DNA of 64,000 bases, taken from Phyllosticta citribraziliensis (lineage: Eukaryota). A program made the position numbers and the translations under genes. Positions within the stretch are counted from its first letter, which is position 1. Every line of letters begins with the position of its first letter. The notes beneath the pieces are model-generated. The model saw only the letters and a program-made list of their open reading frames with translations, made no database searches and had not been told where the DNA came from. Location: contig NW_027117348.1 of NCBI RefSeq assembly GCF_038025025.1, positions 62,001-126,000 of the forward strand, in the 5' to 3' direction. Positions 24,936 through 37,497 of this stretch are shown piece by piece.

Positions 24936-25836
24936 TAATGGGCAAATACGACCCGCTGGTGCTGCGTTGTCACCTGTCGGCCGGCTCCTGCTGCGAAGTT
25001 GAGAGGCAAATTGGTCGCCAGAGGGCCGGTCACTGACTTCTCCTGCGCCGGAGCACGTTGTAGCTCATTGACAGCAGACAGCGCCCCTGACGCGCTACAG
25101 CTGCATGGAATTTCTGCTGACGGCTCACGGGCCAGCATGCCATCCCACCCACCTTCGACGACAGCTCGTCTGTGCGTGAGGATGATACGCCGACGAACCG
25201 CCTTGCCGCGCTGCAGCTCGGCTGATGCATCTTCCTTGCAAATCTGGCTTGCAGCACGCAAGATGGGGAGTTCGCAATGCTCTGATATGGGCGTTCAGGG
25301 GCAGACGGCTTTGCTGACTGCATGGAAGGCAAGTCCCTCGGCCTCCTTGAAAAGCAGCAAGTTGCCAGAATCGGCGTCTGGAGATTCTGGAGAACCAACA
25401 CTCAGCCCTGCCCTGCTCTGCTCGTTTTGCGGACTCGTCTTGCCGGTCCAAGCGCCGCGTCCGCGCGCTCGCTCCTTCGGCGCAGATCACCGGCTCAACG
25501 GTGAAAATTGACCATGGCAAGATGCTCGAGCTCCACCACAGGCCCTGCGTGACCGACACTTTTTTGTCGCGAGGCCCCTCTTGATGTTGCGCATCATTGT
25601 TTGCATTTCTGCCCCTCCAAGCCCACTCCCGGACGCGTCCCGAGCACAAGGTTTTCTTTGTTTCAGCCGTGTCGACGCTATTGTGCGAAGCAAATTCACA
25701 ACTGCCCGATCGCCCTTTGAACAGTCTTCTAGCGCTTTCTTTTGGTGAGTCGGTCCGGTGGCGACTATGCAAGTGCGGGGTTCTAATGCTCTCCAAATCA
25801 GCAATGCCTACGAATCAGTTTGACTTGCCGCTGAAT

Positions 25837-25911
25837 ATGGGTCGCGGCGGCTACGACACGACGGGCGTGCCCAAGACGCCTGGAAAGACTACCAACAAGG
25901 TCGAATTATGA
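25837..25911 (+). CDS. Candidate 24-aa micropeptide MGRGGYDTTGVPKTPGKTTNKVEL (35 aa if ATG 25804 is used), flanked by two canonical introns
   Basis: Introns GTGAGT..TCTAAT..CAG (25745-25801) and GTACGT..ACTGAC..CAG (25950-25996/25999); C/G-ending codon bias in the smORF. Confidence 0.45.
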   Translation: MGRGGYDTTGVPKTPGKTTNKVEL

Positions 25912-26488
25912 CCGAGAACCCTCAACATGTTCAAGTCATTCTTTACCACGTACGTCCAAAAATCCAAGCAACAAGCCATTGATACTGACGATGCAGCAGC
26001 ATATCATCAAAAAGCATCTTTCCATATATCCCAGCCTGACGAGCGCAACGAGGCATCCACGAGCCCTCCTCCATCCGACCTACGACCTACGACGACATCC
26101 GCGAACTCCGAACAACGACGAGCGACGGCCAACCTCCTTGCTGCTTTCCAGCTTTTACATCCGCGCAGGCGGAACAATTTCCTTATGAACTGTATGAATA
26201 ATGTTGTGAATGCGGAGATATCACATGCATGACGGGATCGGGACGGCGTTTGAATCTCACGGGCAAAACATAGAGGCAGGCGTTTTTGAGCTGCTTTGGC
26301 ATTGCATTGGGAAGGACTTGTTGCATAGGGCGATGTTTTGTCTGTCTTCTTTGTTTGGATTGTCTGTTTTATGTTGTGTACTATTTGTACGAGTGTCAGG
26401 GGATCTTGTCGACGCATTTTGAATTGTTCAACACAGACTTATCTCGAAGCGCATTTTCCTGGGGATTTTTGGCCAGTTCACTTGGACG

Positions 26489-26529
26489 ACTCGAACACTC
26501 GAACTCGAACTCGGACTCAAACTCGAATC
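26489..26529 (+). repeat. Degenerate (ACTCGA)n hexamer microsatellite
   Basis: actcgaacactcgaactcgaactcggactcaaactcgaatc. Confidence 0.7.
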
Positions 26530-28176
26530 AAAAAGACCGTCAAAACACCAGCGAATTCCGGCAGAATCCGCGACCGTTGAATAAGAACCAAGTCACAAGA
26601 CAGCCTCACTCCACCACCGCAGATGACAACAACATAGTAGTCACCAACACTACACGCTTACTCCCCCGTCAACCACAACCAAGTCCAAACCACGCTACCT
26701 ACTTACCCCTCACCTACCCCTCTGACGTGGTGCACCACCCCACCCTCAAATTTTCCGAAGATCGGCGCAGGGAACATGACCGAGCGCTCCAACACCTTGA
26801 GGGACCGCACCACTCGGCGCCCAGCAGCGGCCATCACGCTGCCTGCCCAGTGCCCACCGGACACACGTCCTCAGGGTCATCATGGCCCGGATCCGGCACC
26901 GATCAGAGCGGCCACGGCGTGGAGGATGTGGCTTTGCGCCGCTCGCCTGGCGCGGGCGTTGGGGGCGGAGAAGCGCTACCTACCTACCTACACGTGGACT
27001 GGTGCGCGCGTGCGCCTTGGGGCATTGCTCGCTGGGGCGGTCCGACTGGCTTCCCGGCGGCGATACGTGTCGTGGCCCCTTGATAGCCGCGGGTGGCAAA
27101 ATGCTGGTGTAGACGGGCTAGAGGGGCTGTGTCTCTCGATACTGTACGCAAACGCCGACGCGACTTCACCCGCGATCGTCGTTGAATGAATCGCAAAAGT
27201 CAGCGCTGTCCTTGATTTGAGCTTCTGTGCTGGCGCGTCGCGGCTGTCGTTGTCTACTGACGTGGAGCGAAGTCTGCGCACGTTGAGTCAGCTAGGGATA
27301 TCCACTGGTTGACAATACTGCTACGCGTCTTTGAGCTGGTTTTCTGTTCACGATCAGCAAACATTTGGACTGTAAAAGAGCATGGGACAAGTTCTCTTTG
27401 GTTGCTTCGAAGAAGGACAATGCAAAGGGAGAGATTTTCACGTCCAAAAGCCATGCCAGCATCGTGCGCATCGCGAGGTAATCTGGAAGTGAAACGGTCA
27501 TGGAGCTGTCAAGCAGCAATAAAACCACTCCATTTGATCCATTCAATAATCGAATCGTCCACGCATCAGTCGCTACTTCAGGTCCCATGCAAGAGGAGCC
27601 CAGGGGACACAACAGGGGCCAAAACACCAAGCGTTGTGCGAGATAGAGAGTTAATCAAAGCGCAGCAAAACGACGGCGATGCCGACTTATAGGTTTGTGG
27701 TCACGTCGAGGCTTCACGCTTGCATGCGGTGCGGTCCGTCCCCTGAACGCCACGAGGTCTCTGCGTCGCGCTTGCAGGGTTGGCTACGAGCTTGTTTCAA
27801 CCTCAACACCGATTCTTTTGCAGCCGCGTGCAGAGAATTGGGACAGATTTGTATTCTGGTGATGTCCGGTGCCGACTTCAGGGGGAAATCATGTCACTCT
27901 TGTCACTGTCGACGCGTTTAGTCACTTTGCAAGATCAGCCTGGGCCGCACAAACGCACGTTTTGGGGAAAGTGTATCAATTGAATGCTGTCTACTCAAGA
28001 AAACCCCGAATCTATCTCTGGGAAGGGAATGGGAACCGGTGTACTCCTGCTCGTGCTGCTCCTTTAACGCCAAGAAAACCCCGAATCCCGTGTCAATGAA
28101 AAAGGACTCCCACTCATGCAACTCCCTCAATGTAACCTCGTCAGTCGTGAGTCGTACCAGCGTTGCTGGCCTAGTT

Positions 28177-28881
28177 CTAGCTGGTCTTCATGTTCAAGCG
28201 ACGCGCCGCAGCCTCGCGGTCTTCCTGCCTGGCGCGTTCCTGCTCGGCCTTGGACTTGCCATTGCACAGCGCAGCGTGCCTGATAGCCTGGACCTCGTAC
28301 TTGAACAGCTTGGTACAGCCATTGAGGCCATCGACGTTGTTCGGGCAAGGAAACCTCTGGGTGCAGATCTTTCCATGCTTGCGCGCGACGCCGGCAGTGA
28401 AGAACAGCTGCTCGCAGCCCCTGTGAGCGTTGACGGGACAGGGGATGTTCTTGGGTCTCCGCGTCGATGGCTCAGCCATGCTGCAGTTCTCGGCGTGCGT
28501 CGTGGCGATTCTGGGGTAGAAGAACATCTTGCCGCAGCCGAGGGGGCAGGGGTGCGTGCGCGCCTTGGGAGGCATGCCGGGCTCGCTGTCGATGATGGGG
28601 TAGGCCGGGGTGGCCTCCGCGGGCGGATATGGCTGCTGGGCCATGAGCGGCGAAATGGGCTCAGGCGTGGGTTGCTTGGGCAGATATTCCGCGCCCATGA
28701 CCGGGCCGTGGTGGTTGGTGAAGGCCGGCATGGGGACGTCTTGGTACTGCATCATCTCGCTGGGAGCGACGATGAAGGGAACAACCGTCTCGTCGTAGAG
28801 CCAGGCTCCCTCGCCATTGTCAAATTCGACCCAGCGAGTCGGCCAGTCCTGAGCGGGAGGCGCAGGCGGGTCGACCTCCAT
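28177..28881 (-). CDS. Protein with three tandem C2HC-type zinc fingers and a Pro-rich N-half; start uncertain
   Basis: CPLGC..F..HAENC, CPVNAHRGC..F..HGKIC, CPNNVDGLNGC..F..HAALC; frame stays open to ~29034 without an ATG; TATA-like at ~29056. Confidence 0.75.
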   Translation of the reverse strand: MEVDPPAPPAQDWPTRWVEFDNGEGAWLYDETVVPFIVAPSEMMQYQDVPMPAFTNHHGPVMGAEYLPKQPTPEPISPLMAQQPYPPAEATPAYPIIDSEPGMPPKARTHPCPLGCGKMFFYPRIATTHAENCSMAEPSTRRPKNIPCPVNAHRGCEQLFFTAGVARKHGKICTQRFPCPNNVDGLNGCTKLFKYEVQAIRHAALCNGKSKAEQERARQEDREAAARRLNMKTS

Positions 28882-29605
28882 GGTCTCCGGCTCAGTTGGG
28901 TAGTTCCGAGCGGGTCCCACCGGGCGCAGTTCGGGGTGCTCGGTGTAGTACCACTCCCACAGGGCGGAGATCTCGACTTTGCTATTTCCAATTGCGATTC
29001 CCTTGCTCTGAATGTTTGTGGTGGCCTTTGGAAACTAATGCGGTATGCTGAAGCTCTTATACTGCCCAGTGATGTCCTGACAATGACTTTGTGAAGGTCA
29101 AGTCGGGGGCGCGGCGGGACGAGAGTTGTGGTATTGTTTGAGACGACGGCTTGCGTAGCTGGGAGGTGCTTGACTAGACTGGCCGATTGGTGGGAGGAGA
29201 GATGCGGTCGTTTTGTTTTGGAAGTCTGCAGAAATGTTCTTCAACAAGTCAGCTGAAGCTTATTTCGGACAACATCAAGAGTCTTGCTGGGGTTCATACG
29301 GTCGTTTTGAAAGGTTTTCGCGTTGTCCGCACGTTTAGTATGAGGTTCCTCTGCAGTTGCGGCAGCGGAGCAGTTGAATCAAGAGTGTGGCCGCTGCGTG
29401 ACAGTGTCGTTGTGCAGAAGAGTGGTTGCGATGGCTGGTGTTGGAAATGCATCACAGTCGAGGCGGTTGCCCAGAGATGTACCCACTCACCTGCCCAATG
29501 GTCCCAAGCTTCAGAAGGAATTAACACTTTGATTGTGTGGTAAGTCTTGCCGCTTGAATTTTGGCGCCATGACCTTGCTATCAAGTTCACCCTGCAGTCA
29601 CTTGT

Positions 29606-31121
29606 TTACCCAGTACTAGATACATTCACCTCCAGCATTCTGCCCCCACAAGTCCTGGTTTGGAAGGCTCCCTCCCCCCATCCTGGCTTCCCTATCCCAT
29701 CAAAATTCACCAAAGACTCTTCGATCTCGTCAATCGCTTCGAAATCTGCGTTGACGACAACGCAGGCTGGCTTCTCTTCCGCCCCGCCGTCGGATTCGAA
29801 GACGATCCAGGCTGCGTCTCCCTCATGGCCAGCCCAGCCTTCGTCACCAGCCGTGACAACCTTGACCTCAAGTTCCAAAACCTCATGACCGCATCCCGGC
29901 GCAGGTATTCTCTTCAAGAAGAGTTTCCCCTTGCCAGAATCGCGCCTGACCACCGCATTGAAGAAGTAGCCAACGGAAATGTCCTTGATGTTGGCAAACC
30001 TGGCAGCAATGACGGCCGCCGGACCCCAGTTGTGGCATCCCCCGATGCCCGACCAGCCGCCCCTATCTGGGACGCCCGTATCTATATCGTCTGCCTCGGG
30101 AATTGTGACTTTGTGGATGGTGGGCTGCGACTCAATCATTTCGAGTACCAGGCCCATCGGAATTCTTGGTACATGCTCGTCATCATTGCTCTCGTGGTTT
30201 GGATGGCGGATAGAGACGATGCTGAGTGTCTGGAGGGACAGGGTTGGAACTCGCACTGATTGATCATGTTAGAAATAACGTAACTTCAATGGTGAGGAGA
30301 GAACAAACAGTGAATGGTCGCACCCGCTGAAGTCAGGAAGTCGGACACAACAAGTTCCAAATGGCGCAGGCCTTGAAGTGACTTCAACATGGCCATCATA
30401 TCATATACTTCAGCCTGACTGTATAGCACAGAGGACATTCCGTAGCCCTCTCGCGTTGAAGTCGAGACGCGAGTTGCTTTTGGTGTGAGCTTCAAGAGAA
30501 AGCGAAACTCAACGCTCAGAATGAGATCCTTGAGGTAAACGAATTGAATTGCTCCGTTCTGCTGCAGGCATCCTTCCACCTTCTGGGCAAGCAGATCACC
30601 ACCGTCAATTTCGAGTCGACGCAGAGTTGCAGGCTTCAGGAGAAGTCGGGAGATTCCTTGGGCGATCTGCGCGAGCGAATCATCGGTAGAGATTGAATTG
30701 ACGTCCCAGAACTGGTGAATTGAAAGTGACCTGATGAAATGATGTCAGCCGGGTCTCTCTGAAGAACTGTCGGGGAAACTTACTGGATGTGTCTGAGGAA
30801 GTCGGGTGGCCGTTGAACAAGCGCAGTCTGCAAGCCCGGCGAATCCATCGTTGGACGATTTCGAGCCAATTGCGAGTAGTTGTGCGATTGGCCAGCAGAC
30901 ATCAAGTCGATTCTTCGGAAAAAGATTCTTTCCGCTAGCTTGCGAGCCTGCCAGCTCGCCTTCGAGAAAGCAATGAGGGCCGACATGCCGCAAGACGGGT
31001 CGTGCCTATCTGAGGTAAAGAGAAGCTGTTCCAAGACTCCTTGGATGAGTTCTTTGGGCAGTCTCATCAGCGGAAACGGCTGCAGAGTGCAGTCCTGCAT
31101 GGAGGAAGAGAGTTGGTCCAT
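29606..31121 (-). CDS. F-box array copy A (family 2), 3 exons; introns 30731-30783 and 30256-30323
   Basis: F-box PFPLMRLPKELIQGVL; exon 2 SLSIHQFW..LRRLEIDG; exon 3 PMGLVLEMIESQP..PAAVIAA; canonical splice sites keep the frame. Confidence 0.85.
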
Positions 31122-31222
31122 GTCGCTGGCGTGAGTTTGACCTTGACGAACGGGGTGGTTGAGGAGTGGTGGCAGAGGGGAGAAAGCTTGAAAGGTGCAA
31201 AGTGGTGGAGGGTTGAGATTTC

Positions 31223-31337
31223 ACAGCACCGGAGCCGACGTTGGCGAGGATACGCCCGACCGGCGCCACCCAAAACAGCCGTCACGTGCCGAGGTTGCGG
31301 CTGGGCCAACGCCAATGCCCTGAACCGCATCTCAAGC
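31223..31337. promoter_or_regulatory. Conserved upstream module of copy A (ACAGCACCGGAGCCG 31223-31237; GTCACGTGCC 31281-31290)
   Basis: Near-identical block upstream of copy B; motifs recur upstream of D, E and F. Confidence 0.7.
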
Positions 31338-31617
31338 TTCCCGGCAGCCCTTTTTGACACCCACTGCTGCATTGCCCGCGCCCGCGGTCGCGGCTTCACA
31401 GAGATCTGGTTTCTGGAGCAATGATCTCGAGTATAAGCCTCACCGGCCTGAAATTTCGAGAGTATTTATTCTCCAAGTAGACCTGGGATTTAATGGACAT
31501 GTTAATCGTCTGCAAGGACAGGATTGAAAATTATACTGTGAGCGTTGTGAAGTCAAGAAAGAAACTGTCTAGTAGATCTATATCCGCCCCTATAAATCTC
31601 GTCCCATCCTCCCACCC

Positions 31618-33086
31618 TCAAGTAGTGTACTCATCGGTGGCCCTGCAGTCCGCATTGACGGCGATGGAAGCCGCCTCGTCGTTCTCGTATACGATCCAGG
31701 CCGGAGCACCATCAGCCCCCTCGTAGACGACGTGGATGTCGTACTCCTCCGAAACCACGTTTGGATGGTCAAGGAAAACCCTCTGCAGCGTGATGGTGCT
31801 GCTATTCAGATTGCGCCACAGGGAAAACTTGCAGTACTTTCCGACGGTAATTTCCTCGACGTCAAGAAACCTGACGGCAAGGATAGCCGCAGGTAGCCAG
31901 TTCTGCCAGCCCTGGTCTTCTTGCCAGCGCTTGCGGCTTCCGTCCGCTCCCAGGAAGATGTTTCTGGCCCGAGGGATGGTGATACTGCGCGTACCGGGCT
32001 GCGAACCGATCACGTCAAGAAGGAGCCCCATCGGCAGCTTATCGTCGTATTCGTGAGGTCGTCGAAGGGTCGAGGGCATGTATTCGCGTTCTCGAGTGAA
32101 CTTCAGCGTGTCGAGGGAAAGTGCTGGGAGTTGGACTGTTGAATCATGTCAGCATCAGTCTTTTTTGAAAATGGAGAGCGACATACCATCGAAGGGACGA
32201 TCGAAGTCAGCGATGGTGAAGTCGAGATGGCGCAGTTTTCGAAGCGCCCCGCACGACTGCAGCAGCTCGTCCACTTTCTGCTTCCCGTAGTTGCGAAACT
32301 CCCTGTCGTAGCCCTCTCGCGGCATGTTGGAGAAGTGCTCGATGTTTGGAGCCAATTTGAGAAGGAAGCGGAACTCGACGCTGGCAACAAGCTCCTGCAA
32401 GTAGGGAAACCGAACGTCGGCGTCAGCCAAGAACTCTTCCATGTACTGGGCTAGGCGCTCGCTGCCATCGATTTCTAGACGGCGCAACGTTTTCGGCTTC
32501 ATCAGGAGCTGTCCAATGCTAACAGCAAATGTATACAAGATTGCGTCGTTGCCGATAGTGTCGATCTTCCAGAATTCGTGGATGGCAAGCTCCCTATTTC
32601 GGTCAGTTGGTTGAATCTGCGGGGATTCTCCTCGGAAACGTACTGAATGTGTCTGAGAAAGTCGGGCGGTGGGACCTGAAGCAGTGTTTGAAGGCGCTCT
32701 GGAGAAAAGCCTGGGTACCACTGGGCAAGACGCGCACAGTCAGGCCTCTCAATGTCCTGTACGTTCGCACTCGTCAAGAGCTGGACATCCAGGAAGACGA
32801 ACTTCTTGGCGATTTCACGAAGGTGCTTGCAGGTTTTCGAGAAAGCAACGATGTCCTCCTTGTCGACGGATCGTCTTGCCTCTCTGTCTCCTCGAACGTC
32901 CGCGAGCTCCAGACCACCAAATATACCGAAGATATTGATGTCGTTGGACGGATTTGCTGGCCCGGTATCTTGCACGAGGTGTCTGGCGACATTCTCGATG
33001 AGCTCGTTTGGCAGCTTCAGCAAAGGGAAAGGTCGCATCTGGTGGGCAGCAATCTCGAAGTCGGAAGTTTCCTGCATTTCAGGCAT
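31618..33086 (-). CDS. F-box array copy B, 3 exons; introns 32594-32643 and 32136-32186
   Basis: F-box PFPLLKLPNELIENVA; ELAIHEFW; LPAAILA; same intron positions and phases as A. Confidence 0.87.
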
Positions 33087-33261
33087 CCTGTCTCGCCAGG
33101 TTAGCTTTGTGGAAGTGCTCAGAAGTTTTCCTTGCTACTTACTTGAACGAGCAGCTATACTGACAGCAAGGTCGATGAGAGGAAAAGGGAGATTGGAAGA
33201 TGCAGGGTTGTGCAAGATCCGAGAGTGGAGTAAGTAAATTGACGGAGGGTGGAGGTATTTA

Positions 33262-33367
33262 ACAGCACCGGAGCCGGAGTTGGCGGGCGGAAGCGCACCC
33301 AAAACAGCCGTCACGTGCCGGAGTTGCGCCTGCGCCAACGTCAAGGCAGGGTATTGTATCTCACACT
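33262..33367. promoter_or_regulatory. Conserved upstream module of copy B (ACAGCACCGGAGCCG 33262-33276; GTCACGTGCC 33310-33319)
   Basis: Shares CACCCAAAACAGCCGTCACGTGCCG exactly with the copy A upstream region. Confidence 0.7.
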
Positions 33368-33869
33368 TCTCAAAGAATTTCTGTGTGGTAAATCCACTCA
33401 AGAATCGCCTGCTTCTGGTTTCGTAGGCAGATTCGACTCTCGTGACTTGGAACGCTGAAGTGTTCCTGTCGCGGCATCACTTTAAGAAAACGAGACCTCA
33501 AAATTTTGTGCTGGAAAATTGAGGATTCAAACGAAATGCGAGCTTAATTTCTCATCGGCGGAGATGCTATCTCATTCCAAACTCAGCAGGGTTCATTGAC
33601 AACCCTCGCTGCGGCAATGTCCTCCCTGCGCCTCATCCGCACACCAAGATGACCCTCCCATTGTCCATACAGATGCCCAAAAGTCTCGTATTTCCCTCCT
33701 CATCGACCTCCTGCTGCGCTTTTGTGATGGCGGGCAACCAGATCTTTTCACGGAACTCATCGGCGCCAGCTGGGTCGTTTGGCAATGGTTGATAGAGCAA
33801 CGTATGGACGAAGAAGCCGATGGAGGTCCGTCTTGGGCCTGATCTCCTTGTGCAGCGCGGATGGTCTCT

Positions 33870-34800
33870 TCACAGATTACAGGGCGTCTCGAGATTTTTG
33901 GCAGTGACTTCAGTGACCTTGTAGAGGACGCTGCGATCAATGTACCCATTCAAAGTAATGTGAACGCTGTTCGCTCGCTGCCGCTGGTTCTTGATTGCAA
34001 CGGTAACGTTAGGCGGATCCAGTTTGCATTGGCCAACAACGGGGACGACATTGCTGTCTCCTGCGAAATTGGCGTTCGTCAATGCGTCCCTGGTAATGGC
34101 GAAGCTTTCCAAGGGAAGAGAGATGTCGGCTGTGTTTTGACGTCAGATTAGAGGACTCGGGGAAGCAAACTAGCAAGACTCACTTTGGAACATGTTCTGC
34201 CCGTCGAACTCGGCGATCATGACCTCCAAGGTTCTCAGTCTGGTAAGAGACGGACAACGAGCGGGCAATTCTTCTTTGTCTTCCTGGGGGCATATAGGGA
34301 GGCCAGTGTTGTTGCCGGAGTGCGTCTTGTTTAAAAGGCGCAAGACGCCATCATCATTGATCAGGACCCTCATAGCGTCGATGGTCACATCGATATCGCC
34401 CGCGCTCGGATCGGAGCTTGTCCAGACCTGTTGTATTGCAAGGGACCTACGAGCTTGTCAGTTAACTGAATACCACCTGGATACTCGACGTACTGCGTAT
34501 GCGGAAAAGGCTTCAGAGGGAGGCTCCGAAACATCTCCTCTACGTCACGCGAGTTTGCGACCGGATCTCTTTGGACAACGCCGGCGAAGAGACGCATAAC
34601 GTTCGAGAGGACCCATGTGTATTGGTTCACAATGTGACAAGAGTGTCCTTTCCCTACGCGCATTCTCATATTCCACCGCGATGACAGCGTCTTCGAAGTC
34701 GCCCTCCGCAACCTTTTCCCCGATTCCAACAGCAGTTCGTTTGGTGGACTGAAGAGCGGGGACCGGGTGGATTCGTCGCGGACTTTTTGGTAGAGGCCAT
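33870..34800 (-). pseudogene. F-box array copy C, frameshifted and internally deleted; introns 34447-34493 and 34130-34183
   Basis: SPLFSPPNELLL then a frameshift to IGEKVAEGDFEDAV; exon 2 SLAIQQVW..LRTLEV lacks the central LRRLHIDG block; exon 3 is shortened. Confidence 0.75.
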
Positions 34801-35219
34801 CAAATGAGATGGCGGCAAAGTCTCGCCGGACAGTCGAAGATGGAGTCGCGGTGTCGTGAAGGCAGTATCGTGGGTTTTTGGTTGAGCTTTTTGAGATTGC
34901 GGTCAGCTTTCACATGTCGCAGTGTTTGGAGTGAATTCGGAGACCCAGATCATGTTGTTGTCGTTCAGGATGGCCTGTCGGCGTGCTACCGTCCGGCTGC
35001 TCGAAAAGTGGACAAGATTGAAAGCTTCGATTCGAATGGGATATGCGGGATCTGAATCAAATGTCCCAGAAAGCCGTGAAGCAGATGAACAATGAAGTTG
35101 TCAAGTCCAGCTTTGCAGAAACTGGCGTGTTGATGTCTCGGCATGCTGTCAAGAACCTGGAATGGATTGTGGAACTTTTTCTAAAGAGTCTCGTCCTCCT
35201 GCCCTGCCCCGTCTCTCCC

Positions 35220-36854
35220 TCAGCCGCCCAGCAGTGCTTTCAGGCGGGGGTTGCCCAGATTCACCTCCACAGAAGTCGGCCGTCCCTCCTCGTCGACGAT
35301 GAACGCGGTGGCCTTGGTGTCTGGCTCCCCGTGGGTGATGCTGAGAGTCAACGTGGCTCCCAGGATGTCCACGTTGCGCCTGTGCTTCATCGTCAAGATC
35401 GGCTCCTTCCAATCATCCCAGAGAGTGTGCCAGCAAGGCTCGGGGACTGGTTGCCACATCGGCCACCCGCTAGATATCGAATCATCATCCGCGATGAATC
35501 GTGGGTCACCTCGAGGGTTGTCGTCATCGTCACCTGCTGAGGAGTCGCCGCTCAGTCTGAGCACAGTCTGCTCTCCCTCCCGGCGAACGATGTCGACGAT
35601 GGAACTGCGCCCGACGAGGACTCTCTGAATCGTTGGAACCAGGGCGGCGATGATGGCGGCAGGGAGCATATCGCTGAGTCCACCCTTCCAGTCCCAAGTC
35701 CATTTGTCGTCGTCCAGAGCGTCGATCTTCTCCGGTCTTGGGATGTGAGCATCGACCAGACCCGGCTGCGAACGAATCATCCCAACGAGGAACCTCATGT
35801 TGACTCTTTTGCAGTAGATGTCTTCGTCCGCAGGCCCTTCTGCCGCTTCAGCGTGGTCCCAGTCGCCAGGAAAGTAGTGGCTCCGGAATTCCTCGTTCGA
35901 TAGGCTCAGGCTCGTGAGGGACAAGGGCGGAAGATCGACTGGTGATGGATGTTAGTCAGTGTCTTGGGAAACAAGTGTTGGGGCGACATACTGCGAAAGG
36001 GGCGGTCAAAGTTTGCAACGGTGAGTTGCAAGGTCCGTAGCTTTGGCAGCGACTGACAGAGCCGATAAAACTTTTGAATCATCGGCTCGGAGCACTGGCG
36101 CGAGATGGTTATGCATCCTGAGAACGTCTTGTTCGAAAGACGCTCGACATTGGGCGTATGCTCGAGAAGGAAGGACATCTCGATACTGATGATGAGCTCA
36201 GTCACGTCTCCCAGTGCTGCTGCTGGTTGTGCTGTCATGGATTGCTCCAGATTTTGTGCAAACTTTGCGTCGGCATCGAGGTGCAAGTGGCGGAGGGAGC
36301 TTGGTGCCTCAAGCAGTGCCTTGACGCCGTTGGTCATCCAGCTGGCGGAGCCCTGCCAAAATTGGTGAATCGCGAGTGACCTTTGGGCAACCATTAGTTG
36401 AAGTCCCCCGCGCTTTTGGATTTCAAAGGACATACCGCGTCGATTTGAAAAGCCACACCGGTGGAGCTTTGAATTCCGGCAGGACCGCTGTCGAAAATAT
36501 TCCTGGACGTCCTCCAACGACAAGAGGAGCGTTGTGCTGGAAGGCATCGCGGCTGAAGCAATATGTGCCATCGCCGTGGCCCCTTCTGAGAACGCGAACA
36601 GTCCTGAAGAGCCGCGGCTTCACAAGACGCCGAAGCTGCTTGTTGACCTGAGCGAGCGACACAAGAGCCCTGTATGGTCTGGACGATTCAGGGATGCCGT
36701 ACTCGTCATACACCGGCCTCCAGACTCCGTTCTTGATGCCATCCTCGATGTCGCATTCCACGACCTTGTCGATGACACACTTGAGAAGATGGTCGTCGAG
36801 TCTGAGAAGTGGGAAGGGGCGAGAGTCCTGGCGGGCTGGAATTTTCGCCGGCAT
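35220..36854 (-). CDS. F-box array copy D, 3 exons; introns 36381-36435 and 35938-35991
   Basis: PFPLLRLDDHLLKCVI..LAQVNKQLR; SLAIHQFW; DMLPAAIIAA; WDDWKEP. Confidence 0.87.
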
Positions 36855-37045
36855 CGTGGGAGGTAGTCGTGATGTTGTGGAAGGTACGGTACGTCTCGCT
36901 GATCGGGGAAGCTGTTTCGGGCGAGATGGTGATGGAAACCTGAATATTTAACGAGATTCGAGATTGGTGGAGTGGAAGAGCGAGGTCAAGGTCGAAGTCG
37001 TGGGGCTGCCAAGCAGCAGAGTTAGGTGCCGCCGCGTGGTGGTCA

Positions 37046-37093
37046 AGTCGGGTGTCACGTGCCCTGGACGTCCATTCGGATGCCCGCGGGCGC
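37046..37093 (-). promoter_or_regulatory. E-box-containing element upstream of copy D (GTCACGTGCC 37054-37063), homologous to 6719-6768
   Basis: Direct sequence comparison; includes the GCCCGCGGGC palindrome. Confidence 0.65.
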
Positions 37094-37110
37094 GACACCG
37101 ACGTCCGGTT

Positions 37111-37221
37111 CTCGAGCAGGTCCTGGGGATAGCCGTGGCTCCTCGCAATAGTTGCAACCCATGAAGCAACCGTGTTGGTGTCTTCCTTGTATTTGTGATA
37201 GCTGGACTTGAGGAACTTCAA
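37111..37221 (-). pseudogene. Isolated N-terminal fragment of a DUF6604-family gene
   Basis: LKSSYHKYKEDTNTVASWVATIARSHGYPQDLL matches the recalled DUF6604 start motif YxxYKxDTxxVAxWLxxxAxxxGYPxDLL; similarity then stops. Confidence 0.6.
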
Positions 37222-37497
37222 GTCGCCCAGCGAGGGAGACAAAATTTCTCGCCGCTATCCCCCATTTCTATATCACCAAGGACGGCTTTGCAGAGGCTGA
37301 TCAGCTGGCGCGCTTGTGGATTTTACTACGAATATGACCGGGTTTCCATCATGGATTAAAAGACACTGTATTCTGCAAAGAAAGACTCAGAGAACGAATT
37401 CTAAAGCCTGAAATATACTATCCAGCAAAAGAGAGATTCGAAATCGAGGACAAACAAGACCCTTCTCATGTACCTCTCCCTCTCCCTCTCCCCTGCC

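Noticed and set aside
28039..29094. 351-aa + strand ORF
   Set aside because: Antisense shadow of the zinc-finger gene
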